This document shows, in pieces, positions 1 through 9,376 of a stretch of 18,380 nt of DNA (its first letter is position 1; every line of letters begins with the position of its first letter). Both the position numbers and the translations under genes were made by a program. The notes beneath the pieces are model-generated. The model did not search any database and was not told where the DNA came from. It worked only from the letters and a program-made list of their open reading frames with translations. Origin of the DNA: Vitrella brassicaformis CCMP3155 (taxonomy: Eukaryota; Protista; Chromerida); assembly GCA_001179505.1 (NCBI GenBank), contig CDMY01000809.1, forward strand, positions 1 to 18,380. Reading direction: 5' to 3'.

Positions 1-224
1 GGCCATGTCCATATATAAGTGTCCATGTATGGCATCATGAAGGGTGGTCAACACAGATCTCACTTCGGTGATGGCTGATAAGATCGTGTCTCCTCAGAAT
101 GCTTTCCTTGTGTTTCCTTGTCTTCACCTCTCTCTCTCCGTTACACAGCAATCTACCCTAGCTCACAAGCTCACAGTGGTTCGTCTTGCCAAGCTGGCAA
201 TCCTGACAGTAACCAACCAACCAA

Positions 225-467
225 CCCAGATCTGCCAAAGCTCGCCATCCCTCCAGCTCGCATGTTTCACTCCTTGAACCTGAGAGGAAAAGAGTGGTCT
301 TACGTGGCCTGGGTGAAGACTCAGGCGAAAACGGCCTGTCGGCAACTCAGCTCTTGTCCGTCCATTCGTGGGCGTGTGTGTCCTTGACGCACACCCTCCC
401 CACCACCTCTTACCTCGGCTTTTTCTGCACTCGCGCGCCACCTGGTTGCGTCTGAGTGCTTCATCAT
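225..467 (-). CDS. Possible first exons of an unidentified gene divergent from RNF10
   Basis: The minus strand has ATGATGAAGCAC near 467 (MMKHSDATRWRASAEKAE), a strong donor gag|gtaaga, and a polypyrimidine acceptor ttttcctctcag|gttcaagga (VQGVKHASWRDGELWQIW). No consistent downstream model and no homology recognised. Confidence 0.2.
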
Positions 468-491
468 TGGCGTGTCGGTGTCTATCGATTT

Positions 492-3400
492 ATGTCATTT
501 AACCCCACGAAGAAGTCTGAAGTTCATCAACATCAGAGTCATCAGTGGGTGCCAAAAGTCAGGAGAGCTCAGGATGGAGAGGCAAACAACTTCGGGTGAG
601 CTGAGCCAGCCACAAGGAGGGAGGGAGGAAGAAGGGCCTCATTGTGTGTGTGTGTGTGTGTGGTGATGTGTTGCGCAGGTCGTCTGCCAGCAGTGAGCAG
701 AGAGAGCGACCCTCCTCGTCTTCCCGTGCAAAGGGGTATGCATGAGTGAAGCCACAGACACTTCCATGCGCAGACAAGAGCACAGCGCACATCATCCTTC
801 TCTCTGTGTGTGCATCAGTCGAGGCGTCAAGGGCAAAGGCGTTCAGATCCCCGCTGAGGAGCTCTTCAACTTTCAGAGATACGAGCCACGACACAGCCGA
901 GTAAGATAAGAGACCCCTCCCCTCGGACGTCCACACAATGAGGAACGGGTACCTGAACCTTTGCCTCTTCAGGGTGGTGGGCCATTTCGGCGTCGCCGAA
1001 ATGTCACGCAGACGGAGGCGTTCGTCAAGGAGAGATTTGTCAAGGTGAGAAAACAAACGGACAAGGATGCCGACCTGGATGGCCACGGCGCATCTGCTGT
1101 TGTCGATGATCGATCCTCAGGCGAACTTCCGGTGTTGGGTCAGCCGCGGATCGACCAACACGGCGGAGGTCAGACGCGCTTTGTGGGACCCTGACGTCAA
1201 TCTCGGTGTGAAATTCGTGCGCACTGCGTCCATAAGAAAGAGTGCTCATGCCACGAACGTGGCCTGGCCTGCTGTTTCAGATTGGGGTGCCGTGTCCGGG
1301 GTAGAGCTGCTGTGTCCGGAGGGCATCTCCATTCAGTGCCCGATATGTCTTGAGGAGAACGACGACATAGGTACACCCTCAGACATGTCAGTCACGTGCA
1401 CTCTCCCGTGGAATGCCCATCGTGCCCCCGTCGGTCTGTCCTGCCTGTCTGCACGAATGCAGTGTGTCCCAAGGTGACGATGTGCGGTCATGTCTTCTGC
1501 TGGCCATGCATTCTCAGATACCTCAACACGGACCCTACAGGTGAAGCACAGCAAACACAGCATTCGCATAGCCATGCCCTCATTTGTGCCCATGGGGTCG
1601 ATGTATGGATGCAGAGGCCCCGTATTTTCCGTCTATTGCCAACGACCCTAACGCACCCGTAACTGTCGTCGCGGAGAGAAGGTAATGCAGGGAAATGGTA
1701 ATGCGCAGGCAGACATGCAGTCATTCCCATGTTAATGTGAGTGCAGCGCGCCCGACGGTCGCACGCCTTCTCCTCCGGCACTGCCCGACCACTCGGCGAG
1801 TGCGCCACAGGGGAAAAGATACTGGTACGGACACGTGCCATGTTCATCAGTGCATGTCCATGCTCCTCTTCTTGCTGTGCAATGAATGCGATAGGCGCCG
1901 CTGTCCGCTGTGCTCTGAGTCGGTGGTCAAGCGGGATCTCAGGCCGATCGCATTCCAGAGGGTGGGGCGCAGACGCTGCACCCGAATGCCAGTGCATGCA
2001 GACCAGAGATGTGTCCATGCATGGGTGTCCATGCGTTAGGTTCGGAATTTCCCCGCGTTGGTTGAGGACATGTATGAGAGCGAGGAGTACGAAGACGAGC
2101 AAGTCGACACGGGTGAGGGCATGTCGACAGGCACACGAGCCACTCCCTGTACCCACGCGTGGATGAGAGTTGTATCTATCCATGATGGTAGGAGTTGACT
2201 TTTGTCTGGTGCAACGCGAAGGTAGAAGAATGTCTGGTTTGACGCACATTTGTGGCTGCATGCATTGGTGCTGGTGTGTTCATGTCATGTAGAGGGCAGC
2301 ACGTCTGTCACTTTGCCGCGGTATGTGCTGCGCTGTGTACCCACCCACATGTGGGAGGCATGCAGGGTCAGACTCAACGGTACGCGCCTGCACAACGAAG
2401 ACGCATATTGGTATCTGCGTCATCATCTCTCACTCTTCCTCTTTTGTCACAGGTGAGGAGGATCGTTTCGCTGTCAACGACAAGGTCATTCTGATGGACA
2501 CGCACATCGGTGAGAGACAAAAGAGATACCAGTGTGATCTGCATCCCGCGCAACGTGTGGTGGTGACACACGAACACATGTGTCTCTGCAGGCGTTCAGT
2601 TCAGCCGTGTGGGCTGTTTGTCTGATCCGTTCAAAACGTCCCAGCAGGAACTCAGAATACTCAGTATGCAGGAAGGAGGCACCGATTGATTTCGCTTGAC
2701 CACGTCCACGCATGCAATTCGCATTTATGCTCGCAGCGTCACACCGCAAGGAGTGCGAGTCGAGCGGTGATACGGACATCATTCCCGCAGTAGACGAAGT
2801 AGGTCCAGACACAAACACGTCAGAAACAGCAGACATGGACATACGAAGGGGACTCTGTACACTCGTCTCGCAGGCCCTTGCGTACTTGAATCGGACGCTC
2901 TCCGAGATGATGTCATCCATACCGCCGCTCACGTAGGAATGATCCGCACCATCCTGGATCATGTATACGTCATGTTGCCACCCATCCATCATCTGGACAG
3001 AGCGACCACGAGCGACGAGGAGCGCATATCGATCAAAAGGGACGAGGGAAACTTCATCGTCTACAATGAGCAGGTACATAGCTGAGTACGCAATTCACGG
3101 ACGGGTACGCATCGCCCCGTGTGTGCAGATCCTTCTGTCGATCATCGAGAGCTCTTTGCAGGGAGGGCCACAAACAGAAGGTACGTGAACACTTTCCTGA
3201 GTTGTGATGCAAATGCATTCATAATCGTATGTGGCTGCATGCGCCCGTCGTCACAGGTTCACCGCCACAAGCCGAGGAGACCATCGACAGCGCTGCAGTG
3301 TGCGTCAAAGATGCATGGTACACATTACCACTCACATGCGCGCACTTCACCTCTTGTGACACGGTTGCAGGGACAGTGACAACGAAATGGACGACAGCGA

Positions 3401-5334
3401 TGCCGCCGCCGCCAATAAACAACCAACCGCGATTTCGCCGCCAACAAACGCCACCAAGTTGGCGTCTCACACGAACTCATGCAGCCGTATTCATCTGACA
3501 TTGAGGACGGTGTGTGTGTGCTTGTGTGCTTGTGCAGCAAGCCGACGAGTATGGGGACCACAGAGGAACCAGAAAGCACCGCAACCACCACCACAAAGGC
3601 AAACGGTAAGCGGAGAGACCACACTCAATACGTGAACCAACCGGGATGCACTTTCGCTGTCTGTCTGCGTCGCCAGGATACCTGTTCTACCAGACGGCCG
3701 ATGGGCAGAACGCGTTTCTGGAGCCCTTCCTGACTCGGTAGACACGGGCAACGCGTCCAATGTGGACACCGATCCATTTAATGTGCTGTGTGCAGTTGTT
3801 TGTTGTATGAGCATGGCGACTGGGCCCATCTGCCTCCGCTACTGCGCCAGCTGACGCTCATCGGGTCCAATGAAATCACCCTCAATGAATCCATGAGAAA
3901 GAGGTATGTTGTGATGAAGGGATGGGTGTGGACGCACCGGTATGGAGGCCAATGTGCGCTGGTCCGTTCTCACCCCCCAGGTACAAGTTCCTGTCTCATT
4001 TGCCGCTTTCCTCATCGATCCGCTTCCTTGACGTCGACATCACACCGCTGCTCTCGGACAAGACCAGAACGCACTTCAGGGTATGGAGCGACAGAAAGAC
4101 CTTCATAGACAGATACATCCATAGTCATTTGCGCATGCATCCATCCATCAATCGACTGACTCATCAATCAATCAGGATGAGTTTGTCAAACGTGAGCGTG
4201 CGCGGCGTGCGGCCGACAACAAGCGAAGGCAGGAGAAGCGACTGGCTGAGCAGCAACAGCAGCAGTACACGGCAACCGCATACGTGAACGACGTTCATGC
4301 GACTGTGCAAATGGTAAAAGCGTAAGTGATACGGAAGAGAATATCAGTGCATGGTGCGTCCGTGTAGAACATTGCTTCTGCTGTGGGTGCGGCCATTCAT
4401 CAGTTGCCTCTGTCGTCGATTGACGAGTCTCCGTCGCGTTGTGTGTCCGAACGCCACGAAGATGCGGCTCAGGACGCACCAGCCGAAGAAGAGGAGGAAG
4501 AAGGTACGCACGAAGTCAAACGCACACGCATTTGACGGGCGGGCGCTTACACGAATGAGTGCAAGCTACCGTGTCTGTGCATGATCTACAGTCACTCCCA
4601 CCCTGGCAGACAAGATCAAGGCTAAGATGCAGACCGACAAGGACAAACAGAAGCAGGAGGAAAGCAGGGAGCACTTCCCCTCACTCTTGAGTGCATCGCC
4701 CCCCGCCAACGAGACCGCCAGCGCTTCGCCATCCCGTAAGGCAGCCACCGTACGACGCGGGAACCACCACATGCAAACGATACCTAGTACCCAAGCTAAG
4801 CTATACTGCGTGCGGATGTATGTGTGACCTGCAGGTGACAAGCCGTCCACCACTGCGTGGGGGACGCCGAGTCTCAAGTGGGACAAGAAGTCGACGCCCA
4901 AGTCGACCCCGAAGACCGATGGCAAGAAGGACAAAGACCAGCACAGGGACGTGCCCCCCATTGACATCGAGGAGTCCTACGCTCCCCCGGCAACTTCCAA
5001 CTTCGACATCTCTGACATTGTCGCGAGGAAGTGAGCGATGTCAGACACTGACTGATGTGTGGTGAGTCCCTTGGTTGTCTCTTCTTGTCTCAGGCTGCGA
5101 GAGTATAACGAGGAGCGTCAGAAGGAGTCGCCGAAGCACTACTCCCAGAAGGCCGAAAAGAGCTCGGGCATCGCCATGTTAGACAAGGCGCTGGAGCAGC
5201 AGCAGGCCAGTGCCAGTGGCTCCCAGGAGGTGGGAGGCCAGGAGGGCCACGAAGCCGACGGATCGAAGAAGAAAAAGAAGCAGAAGAAGATAGCCCTCTT
5301 CTCTACTTCGGGCATGAGAGGCGTGAAGTATTGA
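492..5334 (+). CDS. RNF10: RING finger protein 10 / Mag2-like E3 ubiquitin ligase (multi-exon, more than 25 exons)
   Basis: Hand splicing on GT-AG sites gives a continuous frame from ATG 492 (MSFNPTKKSEVHQ...) to TGA 5332-5334. Motifs matching RNF10/Mag2, in the expected order: EELFNFQRYEPR; ERFVKANFR...WDPD; RING CPICLEE...CGHVFCWPCILRYL...WRRCPLC; RDLRPIAF; DFCLVQREEGSTSVTLP; YLFYQTADGQNAFLEPFLTRCLLYEHG; RKRYKFLSHLPL; DEFVKRERARR; C-terminal KKKKKQKKIALFSTSG. Some exon boundaries in the low-complexity middle (2600-3600, 4290-4750) are less certain. Confidence 0.92.
643..662. repeat. (TG)n microsatellite in RNF10 intron 1
   Basis: tgtgtgtgtgtgtgtgtgtg. Confidence 0.9.
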
Positions 5335-5676
5335 CCAACGGACGGACAGGCAGGGAGGGAGGGAGGGTGGCTGTGTTTTCAAGGGCGGACGGGTGAGGGC
5401 TGAACGAGACACTACCACGTCGCTGGTGGTAGATATGTGTCTGTTCGTACTGTGAGCCTGGTGAGTGCGTGGATTCAATGCTTTGGTGCATTTCGGACGC
5501 AGCAGCTGACATATGTGAGACATTAATGACAGTCAATGACATACTTGCCGACACACACAGTAACCACGCAGAACACTGAGGAGAAACTGTGCGAAAACAA
5601 GCATCCCTATCCCCTGTTGAAACGCACGACCAGGCACAGAGAGTGAACGGGGCAGAGAACCGTCAGCTCTTACGCT

Positions 5677-6487
5677 CTAGCCCCACTCAGTCTCACTACA
5701 AACCCACTCCCTTGCGCTTCTCCCCTCCCCCTCCATGCCCTCTCCTTTTCTTTTCCTTAGCGTTTCCCCACTGTCACCTGCGACCGCTGCACTCGTTGAT
5801 CCGACACTCGCTGACTGGGTACTCGCCGATTCCGCACTCGCTGATTGGGCACTCGTCGGTTGGGCACTCATCAGGTAGGATGACGACGTAGTGCTGCAGG
5901 CAGAGATGGTCGCCACTGGTGAGGAACCGAGCGGTCGGAACAACGAGGCAAGCAGTCGCTCAAACCTGATCGACAAAAGCATCACAGGCAGTCAAGAGAC
6001 GATGAGAAGTGAAGTGGCCCGCTCCTCATCTCCTCTGTCTTGTCTGTCTGCCCTTCGTGTTTGTCTGCCGTGCCCACACACCAGCATGGTCGACTGGCGG
6101 TCAGTTGAAGACGTTTGTGGAGTTCGCGAAGCCCTCTCATGAGGTCACGTCTTGACAACTCCGTCAGATTTCCTTCGCTGTCCCGGTCTGCATACAAAAG
6201 GATGCCGACGACATCTCGATTCACCAGGCCGTAGCCGTTGTAGGAAAGGATGTCGGGAGGGGGATGTTGGGAGCGTCACTGTCTGCCTTCTGGATCTCCT
6301 GGACAAGAGCCACGAACTGCCGCTCCTTCTCAGGCTCCACAGGCTGAAACCGCTCCATCTCGTCCCTTCGCTCCATCTCGTCCCAATGCCTCCCCGACCT
6401 TCGCTCCATCTCGTCCCAATGCCTCCCCAAGCCTAACGCAAACGCATCAAGTGAAGAGACACTTTGGTTTTACCGACCTTTCGCCAT
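5677..6487 (-). CDS. Hypothetical protein with tandem repeats; possibly frameshifted (pseudogene or sequence error)
   Basis: Proposed exons: 6487-6478 (MAKG), 6432-6082 (LGRHWDEMERR...EKERQFVALVQEIQKADSDAPNIP / PPDILSYNGYGLVNRDVVGILLYADRDSEGNLTELSRRDLMRGLRELHKRLQLTASRPCW) and 5965-5778 (FERLLASLFRPLG...SAQPTSAQSASAESA). Splice phases are consistent, but exon 2 needs one extra base in the G5 run at 6259-6263. The 3' end is unresolved. No family recognised. Confidence 0.5.
5789..5875. repeat. Imperfect 15-bp tandem repeat, about 6 units
   Basis: Units gcactcgttgatccg / acactcgctgactgg / gtactcgccgattcc / gcactcgctgattgg / gcactcgtcggttgg / gcactcatcagg. On the minus strand they encode the pentapeptides SAQPT SAQSA SAESA STQSA SVGST. 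Confidence 0.9.
6351..6428. repeat. 33-bp tandem duplication plus a partial unit
   Basis: cttcgctccatctcgtcccaatgcctcccc at 6366 and at 6399 (33-bp period), plus partial cgctccatctcgtccc at 6351. On the minus strand this encodes GRHWDEMERRS-GRHWDEMERR-DEMER. Confidence 0.95.
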
Positions 6488-6585
6488 TGGGGTGCCCTAG
6501 CCCAATTTCGGGCCGCCCCTCCTCTTTTTTCGGCGGAAACCGATACAACCACCTAATCCTACGGCTTCTTGTCCCGGACCGCGTG
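6488..6585. promoter_or_regulatory. Putative bidirectional promoter, 98 bp between divergent ATGs
   Basis: Proposed ATGs at 6487 (-) and 6586 (+). This depends on the gene 2 model being right. Confidence 0.4.
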
Positions 6586-9376
6586 ATGGTCACCAAAGCG
6601 GAGAAGAAAAAAGCGAAGCTGCAAAAGACGCATTTTCAGATGGGGGATTCACACTCGCGCTTCTGGCAGTCCAGGTGGGAAGAACGTGGGCGTGAATGCT
6701 TTCACAATGTCTTGGTGGGCTCACTTTACCTGTTTTTGTGTACGGACTTCACTCCCCACAGCTACAATGATGCATATAAGCCCCATCCTCAGAGGTCTGC
6801 TGATTTTTTGCAGAACAGGCAGAATCGGCTTTACCTGCGGAGTCATCACTTCGAGCTCGGTGAGGCCATGGTGACCTCACATGTTAACCATATTTTTTTC
6901 ACTTGTACGGTTCATTTAGGCAACAAGAAGCCTGTCTACGAGTCAACACTGAAGCAAGACTTCGTAAGCTTCAATGTACCCACGGATGGTCCCTCCTGAG
7001 AGACCGACAGACTCTGCCTGCCGTTGCGCTATGAGTTGATGTATTTCATCTCAATGGTGCCTTCTGTCCTTCTTCCTTTTCCTTTCCTTCAGCCACCCCT
7101 CCAGAGCGAGAAGGATGGGGTCAAGAAGCTACAGGAGGCCGCAGCGAAAAAGAGGGAATTGTCTGCAGTTCACTGGTCACTGGGTGACGTCAATAAGGCG
7201 CCTGCCCGCGAGTGAGACAGACAGACAGACAGACAGACATGCCGCAGAGCGAGCGGATCGATCCGCTCGCTCTGCCTCTCTGTGTGTGCGGACACTCATC
7301 CCTCCCTCTCTCTGTCTGTGTGTGTGTCAGGTGGGGGACAATACGAAACAGCACCATTGACAGTGCAATCTGCCGTGCCATGAAAGAAAAAGGCAGAGGC
7401 GAACTGCATGAAGATGTCAAGAGGGATCTGCGCAAGGAACATTTCGAGCTGGGTTTCGATCCGACCGAGTATGAGACCACAGCTCAGAGCGGATGTGCTG
7501 TCAAGATGGGCGGGGCCGGCGCGGAGCGAGAGGAGGGCGTCATGTCCTCGAAAGAACGGTAAGACAACAAGCACGCCAGGGACGTGATGCGTCAAATGCG
7601 GGGTGTCTACATGTTTGTATAGAGCTCGGCTGTTAAGGTCATGCAACTTCGACCTGGGAGGGCATTCGACTGTGTACAAGACGACTGCGCAGGAGCTTCA
7701 CGGGTGACATGGTTGTCTGCGAGAAGCGCTTGCAGAGACACGGTCTATCACGTGTATGTGCAGGTGTGAAAAGACTATGGCCGGCGCACAGGCCAAGGAA
7801 GAGATGAAGCAGTTGAAGCGAGACCTCCTCTGGACAAAGAACATATCGTTCGGTACTATCTCTTGCCTCAATCTACCTCGATTCCTCTCCTGGTCTTTTT
7901 CGCTCTTTAGGCAGCCTGCCTTGTCTCTATCAGTCGACTGCTGCCCATCAGTTTGGGGAGTAAGGCACGAGAAGAAGCATACCTCTAGACATGCACAATT
8001 CGAGGATCCCTCCACTTGTGCAGCATTGATGCGTACCTCGACGCAGCGAGACGCCCGGCTTCGTTGAACAAAGAGCTCAAGGGTGGGCAAATGATAGAGC
8101 ATGAGCGTGAAAAGCAGACAGACCGCACACTTTCTTTCTTCCTTGTCAGGGGATCTTAGAGCCGTCCACTTCTATCTTGGAGAGCAGGTTCCGCCATCAA
8201 AGTCCCTATTTCGCGAGACGTTCAAGCCGTTTGACATACCAGAAGAGGAGCAGAGGAGGGCACGGCAAGAGATCCAAGAGCTGAAGAAAGACCTCAGACT
8301 CCCTCACTTCTCTCTCAAGCATTCAGCATGCGTGCCGTTTGCACCCAACGAGTCTACATCTCAGGCTGCATACAAGAAGGTCGACGCCGCATACTACAAG
8401 GCTATGGTGGGAGGCTGCTACCAACACATGAAGCAGCACATGACCGTTGTATCGCTTGCCATCTGTGCAGCCGTCTGGCGCTGAGAAGCGCGCGCAAATT
8501 GATGAGCTGAGAAAGGCCCACTTCTCTCTGGCTGACGAGACGGTCCTGGCCGACAAGACTCTCAACGACCAGCGACAAATGTCCCTGCAGGTAGTCGCGT
8601 TGATCCATTCACGCTGTGTATTGCACGTTATTTGAGAGAGATGACGTTTGGCATGCAGAGAGAGCAAGAACTCAGGACGCTCAAAGGGGTCAACTACTCG
8701 AGTGTCGGCAAGCAGGACATGAGTCGCATCAAGGCGGTACGCACGCTCGCAGCACATACTCGCGCACTCTCCTTTGGCAACCTTGCGGGTCATGTCTCAC
8801 AGGACTTGAGGGCCGTTCACTTCGAGTACACAAGGGAATTCGATGCATGCCTCGTTATCGATTTTTCCGTCCCTTTCGTTCCTTTCCCTCATCAGATTTG
8901 GGGATGCCGCCAGGCCCAAGGAATCGTTGGCGAGGGCATCTTACAAGCCATGTGCTGAGAAATCCAAAGCCACTCGCTTGCGCAAAATCTCTCTATCTCT
9001 TTGCATGCATGCAGTCCCCGGCTCTAGACCAGCAACACTGGCCGATGCAGTGAAGAAAGACCTACGAGCACATCATTTCGAAATCGGGGCCAATGGCTAC
9101 CTGGGTGTGAGAAGTGAAGCGCATGACGGCCTGCAGTGGAGAGGTTTCGCCCCTGTTGAGTTTCGAGACGACCTAAAGGTCAGATCAAGGACTGTCAGCG
9201 GCACGGGGAAAAACATGTGTCGTATGGACTGGACGTTTTCTTAGAGAGAGTTGAGGGCGGTGCATTGGAGCTGTGGCGATGAATCATTGCCGAAAGACAC
9301 CACATCGCGGGCGGCATACATCTGGCACAAACTTCCAATCGAAGAGGAAGAAGACGACGAGGACTTTGTCGATTAG
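6586..9376 (+). CDS. HFxLG-repeat protein, putative microtubule inner protein (TEX45/SAXO5-like, with Mn-like motifs)
   Basis: Spliced frame from ATG 6586 (MVTKAEKKKAKLQKTHFQMG) to TAG 9374-9376 (...EEEEDDEDFVD*). Twelve copies of [D/E]LRxxH[F/W]x[L/F/I]G, most followed about 6 aa later by a [T/S]-x-Y/[ST]xxxx[YF] element, e.g. LRSHHFELG-NKKPVYESTLKQDF, DLRKEHFELG-FDPTEYETTAQS, DLRAVHFEFG-DAARPKESLARASYKPF, ELRAVHWSCG-DESLPKDTTSRAAY. This resembles the recalled TEX45 N-terminus (LKASHFSLG...TTSHRDF). Confidence is high for the gene and moderate for the family. Confidence 0.75.
7215..7238. repeat. (GACA)n microsatellite in an intron
   Basis: gacagacagacagacagacagaca directly after the splice donor near 7212. 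Confidence 0.9.

Noticed and set aside
1488-2261. 257-aa minus-strand ORF
   Set aside because: Antisense to RNF10 exons and introns; no motif recognised.
2486-3079. 197-aa minus ORF suggesting a nested gene in an RNF10 intron
   Set aside because: The interval is explained by phase-consistent RNF10 exons (GVQFSRV..., SHRKECESSGD..., ALAYLNRTL..., ATTSDEERIS...).
6188-6224. 37-nt intron that might rescue gene 2
   Set aside because: Splicing creates TG|A, a stop codon, and the intron is shorter than the others seen. The homopolymer frameshift explains the data better.
6250-6585. N-terminal extension of the repeat protein suggested by ORF 6250..6999
   Set aside because: It overlaps gene 2 antisense and its repeat. 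ATG 6586 leads directly into the first repeat unit.
8951-9014. Possible GC donor or intronless read-through in the repeat gene
   Set aside because: A canonical GT donor (cca t|gtgctg) gives RASYKPFPGSRP, which fits the repeat pattern.
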